Part shown: piece by piece, positions 40,101 through 49,568 of the stretch | Position numbering within the stretch: the stretch's first letter is position 1 | Layout: every line of letters begins with the position of its first letter | DNA from: Deltaproteobacteria bacterium | GTDB taxonomy: Bacteria > Myxococcota_A > Polyangia > Polyangiales > Houyiibacteriaceae | Direction: 5' to 3' | Assembly (NCBI GenBank): GCA_034670305.1 | Contig: JAXMNT010000011.1 | Coordinates: forward strand, 1 to 64,000 | DNA: 64,000 nt | Notes under the pieces: model-generated | The model's database searches: none | What the model was told of the DNA's origin: nothing | Seen by the model: only the letters and a program-made list of their open reading frames with translations | Program-made: the position numbers and the translations under genes

Positions 40101-42548
40101 CTAGAGGATCGGCACGGTGCCGGTGAGGGCTTGGGACAAGAAGCGGCGGGTGTCGGTGCGGCCGCCTTCGGTGCGGGTGGCGACGAAGTGTCCGTCGTCT
40201 CCGCTCTGCGGGTCGTAGGAGCGCAGGCCGAAGGTGTAGAAGAGGTCGCCTTGGGTGATGTTGCCGGTGAGGCCGGCGTCCGCTTGGCCGAGGCGCAGTT
40301 CGATCACCCGCGGCGCGACGTGCGGCAGTCCGGCCGCGGCGGCGAACGCGCGCTGGTTGGCTTCGGTCGTGTAGGTGTCGCCGGTGCCGAACGTCATCAT
40401 CACGTGCCGGAGCGTCACGTCTTCGGGCACTTCGCGTGCGAGCAGCCGCGCGTAGTTCACCGGATCGGCGACGTCGAAGTACATCTGGAAGAGCGCGAGC
40501 ATCGGGTGGAAGTCACCGGCCGGCAGGTTGCCGTCTCCGTCGGCGTCGAGCAGCGCGAAGGGCACGAGCGCCTTGATGTTGGTCGGCGAAGTCTTGTTCA
40601 GAAGCGACAGGGTGAGGTCCCCCGAGTTGCCGCTGAAGACAACCGCGGAGAGCCCACTCTCGAACGGGACCATCAGGTCCGCGTGGGTGGCGCCTTGCGA
40701 GTGCGCGTAGAGCGCGATGCGGCTCGGGTCGAACTGGATCGGCGCCGCGGTGGGCGAGTCGCCTGCGGCCAGGGCGAGCTCTTCGGCGAGCCGCACGAGC
40801 GCGAAGAGATCGCCGCTGCCCTGAAGCACGTTGTCGCGCGCGGCAGCCGGGTTGAGCACGTTGAAGAAGAGCTCGTCCGGTGGACCGTCTGAGTGCCGCC
40901 GGCTTCCGTGCTGCGGCATGTCGATGGCCAGGGTCGCGGCGCCAAGCGGGCTGCCGTCCACGTCCATGGTCGCTGCGTCGAGCGCGAGACCCGAACGCGC
41001 GGCGGTGGTGAACGCGCCGCCGGTGCCATGCGCGGCGATGACGAGCGGCCAGCCGGTCGTGGGTGCGTCGCCCTCCGGCAACGTGAGCGCGAAACACACG
41101 TCTTCGGTGCGCTGGATCGTCGGCACGCCGCCCGCCCATTCGATCGCGCCACCGTCCTCGGGCGTCGCGTAGGGGGCTTCGCCTGCTTGGAAGATCGGCA
41201 GGCTCACCCGGCCGTGGATCTCGACCACGCCGGGGGTCGCCGCGTCGGGGCACGCGTGCTGGGGCGTGCCGTCGTCGCACGGGGAGGTGACCCCGGCAGC
41301 GCACACCGTCATGTCGCTGAGGGTCGGCAGCGGGGCGTCGCGCACGGCCTGGCGCATGCCGGCCATGGGCCGGAGCGGTTCGGTGGTGAAGACCGCGGCG
41401 TTCAAGAGATCGTCGGCGCCGAGCATCTCGTCTTCGGCCAGGTACGAACGGAGGGGTGCGTAGGTGGCCCACGCGGCGGCGAGCACCGGGTCGCTCGGTT
41501 CGGTGTCGGCCATGACCGCGTCGAAGTCTTCGTCGCGCGCGAAGCTCGCCGCGTACTCGGGGTTCGGGATCATGTCGCGGGTCAACATCACCGCGTAGGT
41601 GGTGCCGGGGCGGAGCGGCGCGCCGTGCACGGTGCGGACCGCGAACCAGTCCTCACAGATGTACTTGGTGATCTGACCGAAGGTCGTCAGCCACCCGTAG
41701 AGCACGGACTCGCCGCGGTTGGGCGAGTCCGGATCGACATCGACGAAACGGATCGCGCCGGGCGCCGAGTCCCAGTCGTACGCGCCGCTGAATCGGAAGT
41801 ACGCGACCGGGTTCGTGCTGAACCCTCCCATGTCGTTCTCCGCCGCGCGCAGGTAACGGTCGATGAGATCCACGTCGAGCGCGACGTCGGGCGCCGCATG
41901 GTTGCGCAGGTCCACGTGTCCGTCGCGGGTGCGGATGTCGTTCGGGAAGGGCAGCCGGTAGAAGTCGTTGTCGGTGCCGTCGAAGCGGGGGACCTCGAAG
42001 TAGCTCCGCGCCGGTCCGTCGTCTTCGGTGCACGCGATGCCAGGCCAGAAGGGCGCGCTCGGCGGCGGCTCGGAACCGACCTCGCCGGTGACCGATTGGC
42101 AGAGGCCGCCGTTCATGAGTGGGTTGTGCACGCACGAGAGTCCGGCGAGGCAGTCGGCGATGGTGCCGCACTCGTCCATCAGGTCGCCTTCCCCCGACGC
42201 GCCGCAGCGCGCGTAGAAGCCTTCGAGCCGACAGACGAGACCGGCCACGCAGTCCGCGGCGGAGTCGCAGCTCGCGCCGTCGGCGCCGGGGCCTTCCGGG
42301 GCGCAGAGGCGGTCGGCCGCGCAGTAGAGCCCGTCCTGACAGTCGCCGGTCAGCTGACACATGCCGCCTTCGGCGGTCGTGCCCGCGGGCTGGCAGGTGC
42401 CTGTGCAGACGAGCTCGCCGCGGCACTGGCTCGAGACTTCGCAGCCTTCGCCCACGCCGCGAAAGTTCTCACTCGGTGGATCGCCGCGATCGAAGAAGTT
42501 GCATCCCGCACTCACACACAGAGCCGTCACCAACAAGCAAATCCGCAC
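40101..42548 (-). CDS. Lipoprotein with Cys-rich repeats and C-terminal alpha/beta hydrolase
   Basis: SAGC lipobox; four C..DC..GL.C repeats; LPFPND, AHGTGG, AHSQGA, GDTY, DGHF. Confidence 0.82.
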   Translation of the reverse strand: MRICLLVTALCVSAGCNFFDRGDPPSENFRGVGEGCEVSSQCRGELVCTGTCQPAGTTAEGGMCQLTGDCQDGLYCAADRLCAPEGPGADGASCDSAADCVAGLVCRLEGFYARCGASGEGDLMDECGTIADCLAGLSCVHNPLMNGGLCQSVTGEVGSEPPPSAPFWPGIACTEDDGPARSYFEVPRFDGTDNDFYRLPFPNDIRTRDGHVDLRNHAAPDVALDVDLIDRYLRAAENDMGGFSTNPVAYFRFSGAYDWDSAPGAIRFVDVDPDSPNRGESVLYGWLTTFGQITKYICEDWFAVRTVHGAPLRPGTTYAVMLTRDMIPNPEYAASFARDEDFDAVMADTEPSDPVLAAAWATYAPLRSYLAEDEMLGADDLLNAAVFTTEPLRPMAGMRQAVRDAPLPTLSDMTVCAAGVTSPCDDGTPQHACPDAATPGVVEIHGRVSLPIFQAGEAPYATPEDGGAIEWAGGVPTIQRTEDVCFALTLPEGDAPTTGWPLVIAAHGTGGAFTTAARSGLALDAATMDVDGSPLGAATLAIDMPQHGSRRHSDGPPDELFFNVLNPAAARDNVLQGSGDLFALVRLAEELALAAGDSPTAAPIQFDPSRIALYAHSQGATHADLMVPFESGLSAVVFSGNSGDLTLSLLNKTSPTNIKALVPFALLDADGDGNLPAGDFHPMLALFQMYFDVADPVNYARLLAREVPEDVTLRHVMMTFGTGDTYTTEANQRAFAAAAGLPHVAPRVIELRLGQADAGLTGNITQGDLFYTFGLRSYDPQSGDDGHFVATRTEGGRTDTRRFLSQALTGTVPIL

Positions 42549-42625
42549 GCGAGACCTCCCAAGTATGGGTGGAGGGTAGCAGGCGGAAGCGGGTCTTGTC
42601 GGCCCGCCGGGAACTCACCCCACGT

Positions 42626-43645
42626 TCACTCCACGACAGGGTGGTCGGGCCCCTCGCCGAACCAGCACGCGACCTCGGCCGCGTTCATGTAGCGGTCGTA
42701 GAGCGCGACCCGGTCGTAGCGGCCTTCGTATTGCCGGCTCGCATCGAGTTGGGCTTCGTCGCCGAGCACGAAGCGCAGCTCGCGCAGCTCCCAGTTGAGA
42801 TCGCCTGGTTCGCAGGGGTAGTCGAGGGCGACCGGCACGCCGTCCATGTACAGCTCCGGCACCCGCCCGTTGCGGAACGCGAGCACCACCTGCACCGCGT
42901 CGCCCGTCGTGCGGAAGCGGGGGCCGAGCAACTCGACGCTCGGGCCGAGGAAACCTCCGTCCGGCAGTGGCTCGTCGAGGATGCAGTTGGTGCCGTTGTC
43001 TTCGGTCGTGGAGGTCGAGAGCCGGGCGACCAGCTGCTCGTCGCGCAGCCCGAAGGTGAAGGCGCGCCGGCCTTGGTTTGCGCTGAGGGTGACCATGCGC
43101 TCGGGGCCGATCTCTTCTTCAACCACCAGGTCCCGCGGCAGCACCCACGCTTCGACCGTGAATGCGCCGTTGTCCACGAGCTGGCCCCCGAGCGTGTCGC
43201 CTTGCTCGATCGTGCTGGCCGCGTAGCCAGTGACGACCTGCGCGGCGCCCCCCGAAATGGTGAAGCCCATGGCGGAAAGATCGATGTCGGGTGCAAGGGG
43301 GGACGAGTCCGCCACCGTCGCGGGGTCTGGATCGTCAAAGCGGTAGAGCAGGATGGGCGGGCGGCGCATGCCGAGGCAGCTCACCGGTCCAGCATCCGGG
43401 CCCCCGTCCTCGCCGCTGCCGGCATCTTCGGTTCCGGTGTCTTCGGTGCCGGTGTCGGGGCTCGAGGCGTCTTCGCCTGCGTCTTCGCCGCCGTCGGTGC
43501 CCGCATCCTCGCGGTCGACGCAGGCGCCGTTCACGCACGCCATGCCGTCCTCACATTCGGACGCGGTCGTACATGGGGCTGCGTCGTCGGAGCCGCACCC
43601 GGCACAAGCCGCGAGTACGCAGATCGAGAGCAAGCCAAGCCGCAC
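42626..43645 (-). CDS. Lipoprotein with LamG/ConA-like domain
   Basis: LYRFD, FTVEAWV, ELYMDG, YEGRYDRVALYDRYM. Confidence 0.8.
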   Translation of the reverse strand: MRLGLLSICVLAACAGCGSDDAAPCTTASECEDGMACVNGACVDREDAGTDGGEDAGEDASSPDTGTEDTGTEDAGSGEDGGPDAGPVSCLGMRRPPILLYRFDDPDPATVADSSPLAPDIDLSAMGFTISGGAAQVVTGYAASTIEQGDTLGGQLVDNGAFTVEAWVLPRDLVVEEEIGPERMVTLSANQGRRAFTFGLRDEQLVARLSTSTTEDNGTNCILDEPLPDGGFLGPSVELLGPRFRTTGDAVQVVLAFRNGRVPELYMDGVPVALDYPCEPGDLNWELRELRFVLGDEAQLDASRQYEGRYDRVALYDRYMNAAEVACWFGEGPDHPVVE

Positions 43646-43715
43646 GGGCCAAGCCTACCAGACGGGGATCCTTTGCGCCTGATCGGGGACCAGCGGGCCG
43701 ACCAGCCCGCGAGGC

Positions 43716-44252
43716 TCACTCGGGGCCGGGGGCGCCGGCTTCGATCCACTCTCGGAAGAGGTCGAGCCGGTTCTGAGGCAGCGGGGTGGGGCGGCCGATG
43801 TTCTGGGGCATCGCGTAGCCGAAGGTGAGTTCGCCGTCTTCGACGTTGGGACAGATCGACGGGGGGTAGCTTCCATCCGCCCGCGGCTCGATGCCCGGGA
43901 CCCAGGCCGGGTCCGGTTCGAAGAGCAGCCGACCGTCTTCGGCGTGGGCGTGGGTGAGCTTGATCCAGAGCCAGCTGCGCTCCGGGTCCCCGGGCTCGAC
44001 GCGGTCGAGCAGATCGTACTCGCAGGCGGGCACGTCCACGAGCAGCTCGGTCAACGGCACGCCATCGGCCAGCGCCCGTTCGAAGTTCATCATCGCGTTT
44101 GCCCGGGCGCCGCCGTGGCAGCTGCTGGAGGACGCGCCACAGGTCAGCTGGACGGTCTCTTCGATGTTCGCGTACGTGGGCTCGAAATGCTCGGGTTCCC
44201 CGCCGCATGCACTGAGGCCCAAGGTGAGAAAGACGCAGAAAATCGCTCGCAT
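43716..44252 (-). CDS. Lipoprotein, cytochrome-c-like
   Basis: LSAC lipobox; CGASSSSCH, VEPGDPERSWLWIKL, AMP, REWIEAGAP. Confidence 0.7.
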   Translation of the reverse strand: MRAIFCVFLTLGLSACGGEPEHFEPTYANIEETVQLTCGASSSSCHGGARANAMMNFERALADGVPLTELLVDVPACEYDLLDRVEPGDPERSWLWIKLTHAHAEDGRLLFEPDPAWVPGIEPRADGSYPPSICPNVEDGELTFGYAMPQNIGRPTPLPQNRLDLFREWIEAGAPGPE

Positions 44253-44374
44253 GGCCGAACATAACCGATCGCGGCGGATTCTCAGTGAGCGGATGATCAG
44301 AGTCGGACAACCCGGCAGGATGATTGGGCTTTCCTCAGACTCTGCTATGTTGCGGGCCGTTCTCGGATTTGACC

Positions 44375-44402
44375 GGAAATAAGCAAAGCCTTCGGGGTGT
44401 TG
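44375..44402 (+). promoter_or_regulatory. Putative autoregulatory ECF promoter
   Basis: GGAAAT-N18-GTTG just upstream of the sigma ATG; resembles the SigR/SigH GGAAT-N18-GTT consensus. Confidence 0.55.
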
Positions 44403-44420
44403 CGCCGGTCGTACCTGCCC

Positions 44421-45068
44421 ATGCGACTTTTCCAACGCAAAACCACCACGGACGAGACCCGACGCGCCGAGTTCGAGCGCGAGGCTCTGCCGTACCTCGA
44501 CAACCTGTATGCCACCGGCATGCGCCTGACCCGGTCGCCGAGCGACGCCGAAGACTTGGTCCAGGACACGTTGCTGAAGGCCTTCCGGTTCTACGACCGC
44601 TTCGAAGCGGGCACGAACATGAAGGCGTGGCTGCTCAAGATCCTCACGAACACCTTCATCAACCGCTACCGCCGCAAGGTGCGCGAGCGGAAGGTGTTCG
44701 ACGGGGTGCACGCCAAGCCGGTGGGCGAAGGCGTGATGAGCCGCTCGGCGATGCGGGGGCTCTCGCGCCCCATCGAGGTCGCCGAACAGCGCATTCTCGC
44801 CGCGGAGATCCAGAAGGCGATCGACGCGCTCCCCGAGGACTACCGGATCATGATCCTCCTCGCGGACGTTCAGGAGCTTGCGTACAAGGAGATCGCCGAG
44901 GTCCTCGGCTGTCCCATCGGGACCGTGATGTCCCGCCTGCACCGGGCCCGGAAGGTCCTGCAGCGCAGCCTGCTCAAGCAAGCACTCGAGCTCGGCATCG
45001 TCGAAGACGAGGCGCCGACCGCGCCTCCCGTTTCGCTGGCGGACTACCGCAAGAAGGTGGCGGAATGA
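44421..45068 (+). CDS. ECF sigma factor (SigR/SigH-like)
   Basis: DAEDLVQDT, GTNMKAWLLKILTNTFIN, YKEIAEVLGCPIGTVMSRLHRAR. Confidence 0.95.
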   Translation: MRLFQRKTTTDETRRAEFEREALPYLDNLYATGMRLTRSPSDAEDLVQDTLLKAFRFYDRFEAGTNMKAWLLKILTNTFINRYRRKVRERKVFDGVHAKPVGEGVMSRSAMRGLSRPIEVAEQRILAAEIQKAIDALPEDYRIMILLADVQELAYKEIAEVLGCPIGTVMSRLHRARKVLQRSLLKQALELGIVEDEAPTAPPVSLADYRKKVAE

Positions 45069-45865
45069 TCAACTGCGAGCTGTTCGAACGCCACGTTGGC
45101 GCGTTTGTGGACGGAGAGCTCGATCCCCACACCCAGATGGAGTTCGATGGCCATTTGGAGGGGTGCCCCGAGTGCCAGGAACGCATGGCGTTCGAGGGCG
45201 TGTACCGCGAGCAAGTGCGGGAGGCGGGCGATGCCATCGCACCGAGCAGCCTGCACGAGCGAGTTCGGTTGAGCCTGCAAAACGAGCAGCCGCCGGCGCG
45301 CGCGGCGCTCGCGCTGCCGCTGGTGCTGCCGTTTGCGAGCGCTGCCGCCGTGGCGCTGGTCGTTGGCGGGGTCTACGCGAATCAGCCGGTGGATGAGGAG
45401 GCTGCGTTCGAAGACGTGGTGCGGCTCCACAACATCCAGCTCCCGGCCGACATCACGGTGAACGAAGAGACCGGCATGGGCGGAGAGTTCGCGCCGCCGG
45501 TGCAGCAGGTCAGCCACTGGTTCCGCGACAAAGGCGTCGCGTTTCCGGTCCGTCCGGCCGAGTTCGCCCAGCGCGATGTGCGTCTGGTCGGTGCGCGGTT
45601 GTCGAACGTGCGCGAGCGCCGAGCGGCAGCCCTCTACTACGAACTCCAGGATGGGCAGCGGCTCACGGTCGTCGTGACCGACGCCAACGTCCAGGACGAC
45701 GACACCGAGGAGCTCCAGGTCGGCGACCACAGCGTGCTCTTCCGCGACGTCCACGGCCATTCGGTGCCGCTGCGACGCGAGGGCAACCTGAGCTACGCGT
45801 TCACGGGCGATGTCGACCGCGAGACGCTGCTGAGGCTGGCGGCGACCGCGCGCGTCCGTCCCTGA
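45065..45865 (+). CDS. Zinc-binding (ZAS, zf-HC2) membrane anti-sigma factor
   Basis: HLEGCPEC (HxxxCxxC), one TM, periplasmic LVGARL domain; ATGA overlap. Confidence 0.9.
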   Translation: MINCELFERHVGAFVDGELDPHTQMEFDGHLEGCPECQERMAFEGVYREQVREAGDAIAPSSLHERVRLSLQNEQPPARAALALPLVLPFASAAAVALVVGGVYANQPVDEEAAFEDVVRLHNIQLPADITVNEETGMGGEFAPPVQQVSHWFRDKGVAFPVRPAEFAQRDVRLVGARLSNVRERRAAALYYELQDGQRLTVVVTDANVQDDDTEELQVGDHSVLFRDVHGHSVPLRREGNLSYAFTGDVDRETLLRLAATARVRP

Positions 45866-46055
45866 CGGCCGGGTCGGCGCAGACGGGTCCCTTGGCGTGC
45901 ATCGAACCGGATGCACTTCCTCCGAGTTTCGGCCTGCACGGCTGGCGAACGAACCGGAATCGCGGCGCTTTTCGGTCGGGATTCGTTGACTCGTGCCACG
46001 CGGCTTGGGTACGCTCGCGCCTCGCGGGACCCCCTTCCGCGTTCAAGGAGCACTC

Positions 46056-48035
46056 ATGGCGCATCGGATCCTCGTCTTCGAGAGCGATACAGACTTCGCA
46101 TCGGAGCTACGGAGCGGATTCACCAGTTTCGACGTCGAGCTGGACATCGTGGAGGACGGAGCGACGGGCCTGCAAAAAGCCGCCGCCGAGCCGCCCGACC
46201 TCATCCTGCTCTCGATCGAACTGCCGAGCATGAATGGCTTCTTGGTCTGCAAGAAGATCAAGAAGAACGCCGCGCTCAAGAGCGTCCCGCTCGTCATCCT
46301 CTCGAGCGACCCGAACGCGGACGAGATCTTCGAGCAGCACAAGAAGCTCCGGACGCGCGCGGAAGATTACGTGCGCAAGCCGGTCGAGTTCGAGTTGCTT
46401 CTCGCGCGCATCCGCGACCACGTGCCGGTCGCCGAGGGCGGCGGGTCGGATGAAGGCACCCAGGTCCACGCGGCCGCTGTCGACGACGAGATCGACGCAT
46501 TCGCCGACGACGCGTTCGATGCGCTCATGGTCGACGACGTCGAAGAACTCCAGATCGACGAGGTCGCGTTCGACGAAGACGATGCCACGGCCATCGTCAG
46601 CGCGGCAGACCTGGAAGCGGCCGCGCTTCCCCAAGAGACCCAGCCGTCGGAGCGGCCTCCGCCCCCGCCCCCGCCGCCCTCCGAGCCGGCCCCGGTGGTG
46701 GAAGACGTCTCCCCCGAACCGGTGATGGCCGCGGCCGACACGGGCGCTTCGTCGGAAGAGTTGCAGGCCGCCCAGCAGGCGCTCGAAGCGGCCCAGTCCG
46801 AAGTTGCGGAGCTGTCTCGGCAGGTTGCAGACCTCAAGGCCCAGGCGGACCGGGTCGAGCCGCTCGAAGAGCGCGTGCAAGCATTCGAGTCGAAGGTCGG
46901 CTCGCTCGAGTCCGAACTGGCCACCGCCAAGAGCAGCGGCGGCGGCGGCATCTCGAGCCGTGAGTTCCTCGACCTCCGAGAGAAGCTCAACAGCAAAGAC
47001 AAAGAGATCCTCGACCTGCGCGATCAGGTCACGGCGCGCGACAAGCAGCTCTTGGAGCTCCGCGATGGATCGCTGATCATCGAGCGGCAGAAGGCCGACG
47101 TCGAAGACAAGGCACTGAAGCTCGAACGCGACCTCGGCGTGGCGCAAGAGAAGGTGGCCGGGCTGACGTCCGACAAGGAGTCGGGCGCCAAGCGCGAAGA
47201 AGACCTCAAGGCGCGCCTCGGTCGCGCCGAGGAGCGTGGCAAGGAACTCGAAGGCGAGATCGCCGGCGTACGCGCCGCGACGAAGGCCCGCGAGGAAGAG
47301 CTGGAAGCGGAAGCTGCCGCGAAGATTCAAGCCGCCGAAGAAGCGGCCGCTGCGAAGGCTGCCGCCGCCGAAGAGAAGCTCGCCGAAGACACGGCCATGC
47401 TGCGCGCGGAAGCCGCTGCCGCGGTTGAGAAGGCGCAAGAAGATCAGGCCGAAGCGCTCGCGGCGCTCACGCTCGAGAAAGACACGGAGCTGGAGCAGGC
47501 AGCTGCTGCGGCCGCTGCGGCCCTCGCGGCGCTGACCACCGAGAAGGACGAAGCGGTGGCTTCGCTGCGGGCGGAGAGCGCGGCTGCGCTCGAGCAGAAG
47601 GTCGCCGAACTCGAAGCGTCCAAGTCGGAAGCCCTCGAAGCACAGAAGAACGAACTCGAGACCGCCGCCGCGACCGCCTTGGCGGCGCGCGAGACGGAAC
47701 TGGAAGAACTGGCCGCGACTCAGAAGGCGGAACTCGAGGCGGCTCAGAGCCGGGAACTCGCGTTGCTCGGACGCAAGCTGGCCGACACCGAGGGCAAGTT
47801 CGACACCGCATCGACCGAGTTGAAGACCGCCCAAGAGAAGATCGAGGAGCTCACGTTGCGCCTCGGTCAGCTCGAAGCGGCGAAGTCGGATCTCGAGGCG
47901 CGGGTGGCGAGGACCGATGCCAAGATCGCGAGCGACGATGCGTTGCTCGAGCGGGTTCGCAAGGCGATGACCATTGGACTTGGGCTTCTGGAAGATCAGA
48001 AGAACAACCAAGGCCAAGGCGCGGACGCGGAGTAA
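46056..48035 (+). CDS. Pseudo-receiver + long coiled-coil protein (AglZ/FrzS-like architecture)
   Basis: Receiver fold RILVFES..PDLILLSIELPSMNG..YVRKP; Pro linker; >400 aa of heptads; AAGGAG RBS. Confidence 0.85.
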   Translation: MAHRILVFESDTDFASELRSGFTSFDVELDIVEDGATGLQKAAAEPPDLILLSIELPSMNGFLVCKKIKKNAALKSVPLVILSSDPNADEIFEQHKKLRTRAEDYVRKPVEFELLLARIRDHVPVAEGGGSDEGTQVHAAAVDDEIDAFADDAFDALMVDDVEELQIDEVAFDEDDATAIVSAADLEAAALPQETQPSERPPPPPPPPSEPAPVVEDVSPEPVMAAADTGASSEELQAAQQALEAAQSEVAELSRQVADLKAQADRVEPLEERVQAFESKVGSLESELATAKSSGGGGISSREFLDLREKLNSKDKEILDLRDQVTARDKQLLELRDGSLIIERQKADVEDKALKLERDLGVAQEKVAGLTSDKESGAKREEDLKARLGRAEERGKELEGEIAGVRAATKAREEELEAEAAAKIQAAEEAAAAKAAAAEEKLAEDTAMLRAEAAAAVEKAQEDQAEALAALTLEKDTELEQAAAAAAAALAALTTEKDEAVASLRAESAAALEQKVAELEASKSEALEAQKNELETAAATALAARETELEELAATQKAELEAAQSRELALLGRKLADTEGKFDTASTELKTAQEKIEELTLRLGQLEAAKSDLEARVARTDAKIASDDALLERVRKAMTIGLGLLEDQKNNQGQGADAE

Positions 48036-48041
48036 CGAGCC

Positions 48042-49238
48042 ATGTCGACGTCGACCACGGTCCGCCGCTGGTTCGACGCGATGTGGCGACAGCTGGATCC
48101 AGAAGCGGCCACCCGGCAGGCGGTGGACCGGCTGTTCGAAGCGGGCACTCGGGTGCACCTGTTCGCGCTCGGCAAGGCCGCCCGAGGCATGGTGCGCGGG
48201 GCGCTCGACGCGCACGTCGCGGTGGTTGGGGGCGTCGTGTACGCGCCTGCGGGGCCCGACTTCCCGCCGGGCGGACTGGGGCTCCGGTGGTTCGTCGGAG
48301 AACACCCGTGGCCGGCCGCCGACGCCTCTGCGCAGGGGCGGGTCGCGTTGGACGTGGCCGGCGCGCTCGATGCGCACGACCACGCGTTGGTGCTCGTCTC
48401 CGGCGGAGGTTCGTCGCTCTTCGAAGTGTTGGCGCCGGGGGTCGACCGGGAGCGCTACCGCGCCTGGTTGCAGACCGCGATGCATCGAGGCGCCGACATC
48501 CAGTCGCTCAATCGGGCGCGCGGTGGGCTGTCTCTCGTCAAGGCGGGACGACTGGCGGCGGCGATCCACCCGGCGTCGATCACCACCCTGATCATCGACG
48601 ACGTACCGGGCGGCGCGTCGCACGAAGTCGCCTCCGGACCGACCATGGTGGGTCCCGGCGAGCCGGAAGACGTGGCTGCGACGTTTGAAGGTTTCCCGGA
48701 TCTGCTCCGCCTGTGGCAACCGCCGGCGGCGCTTGGCCAGGTCGTGATGCGGAGCGAGGTGCTGCTCGACAACGACTTCGCGGTCGCGTCGGTCGTCGCG
48801 GCCGCCCACGCGGAAGGCGTGCGCCTCTTGGTGGTGCCGTCCCTCTTCGGCGAAGCCCGGGATGTGGGGGCGCGCTTGGTGCGGGAAGCGCGCGCGGCGT
48901 GTCTGGCGACGGGGGCCGATGGGGTGGTCTGCGGCGGAGAGACGACGGTCACGGTGCGGGGCGACGGCCGGGGCGGGCGGAACCACGAGCTGGTGCTGGG
49001 CGGCGCTGGGTCGCTCTTGCCCGGAGAGTTTCTCGCCAGCGTGGGGACGGACGGGGTGGACGGCGCGAGTGCGGCAGCGGGCGCGTGGGCGCTCGGTCCG
49101 CTGGGAGATGGCGTCGCGGCTCGGGATGCGCTGGAACGGAACGACAGTGGGACGTACTTCGCGGAGCGTGGGGCGCAGTGGGTGACGGGGGCGAGCGGGA
49201 CGAACGTGGCGGACGTGACGGTGTATCTGCGGGGGTAG
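48042..49238 (+). CDS. Glycerate 2-kinase (DUF4147/MOFRL)
   Basis: LGKAA, GEHP, SGGGSSL, ASGPT, GGETTV, GRGGRNHE, TDGVDG, GTNVAD. Confidence 0.9.
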   Translation: MSTSTTVRRWFDAMWRQLDPEAATRQAVDRLFEAGTRVHLFALGKAARGMVRGALDAHVAVVGGVVYAPAGPDFPPGGLGLRWFVGEHPWPAADASAQGRVALDVAGALDAHDHALVLVSGGGSSLFEVLAPGVDRERYRAWLQTAMHRGADIQSLNRARGGLSLVKAGRLAAAIHPASITTLIIDDVPGGASHEVASGPTMVGPGEPEDVAATFEGFPDLLRLWQPPAALGQVVMRSEVLLDNDFAVASVVAAAHAEGVRLLVVPSLFGEARDVGARLVREARAACLATGADGVVCGGETTVTVRGDGRGGRNHELVLGGAGSLLPGEFLASVGTDGVDGASAAAGAWALGPLGDGVAARDALERNDSGTYFAERGAQWVTGASGTNVADVTVYLRG

Positions 49239-49257
49239 TGGGCGCCGACTGAGGAAG

Positions 49258-49567
49258 AAGCCGAAGCCGATGCCGAAGCCGAAGCCGATGCCGATGCCGA
49301 TGCCGAAATCCGAAGCCGAATCCGAAGCCGAATCCGAAGCCGAAGCCGAATCCGAAGCCGAATCCGAATCCGAAGCCGAAGCCGAAGCCGAATCCGAATC
49401 CGAAGCCGAAGCCGAAGCCGAAGCCGAAGCCGAATCCGAAGCCGAAGCCGAAGCCGACGCCGAAGCCGAAGCCGAAGCCGAAGCCGACGCCGATGCCGAA
49501 TCCGATGCCGCCTCCGCTACCGCTTCCGCTACCGCTACCGCTTCCGCTACCGCGTCCGCTTCCGATT
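49258..49567. repeat. Hexamer array (GCCGAA/TCCGAA)n-(GCTACC/GCTTCC)n
   Basis: Fills the gap between convergent stops. Confidence 0.9.
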
Positions 49568-49568
49568 C

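Noticed and set aside
46107-48986. 959-aa minus-strand ORF
   Set aside because: Antisense to the coiled-coil and glycerate kinase genes.
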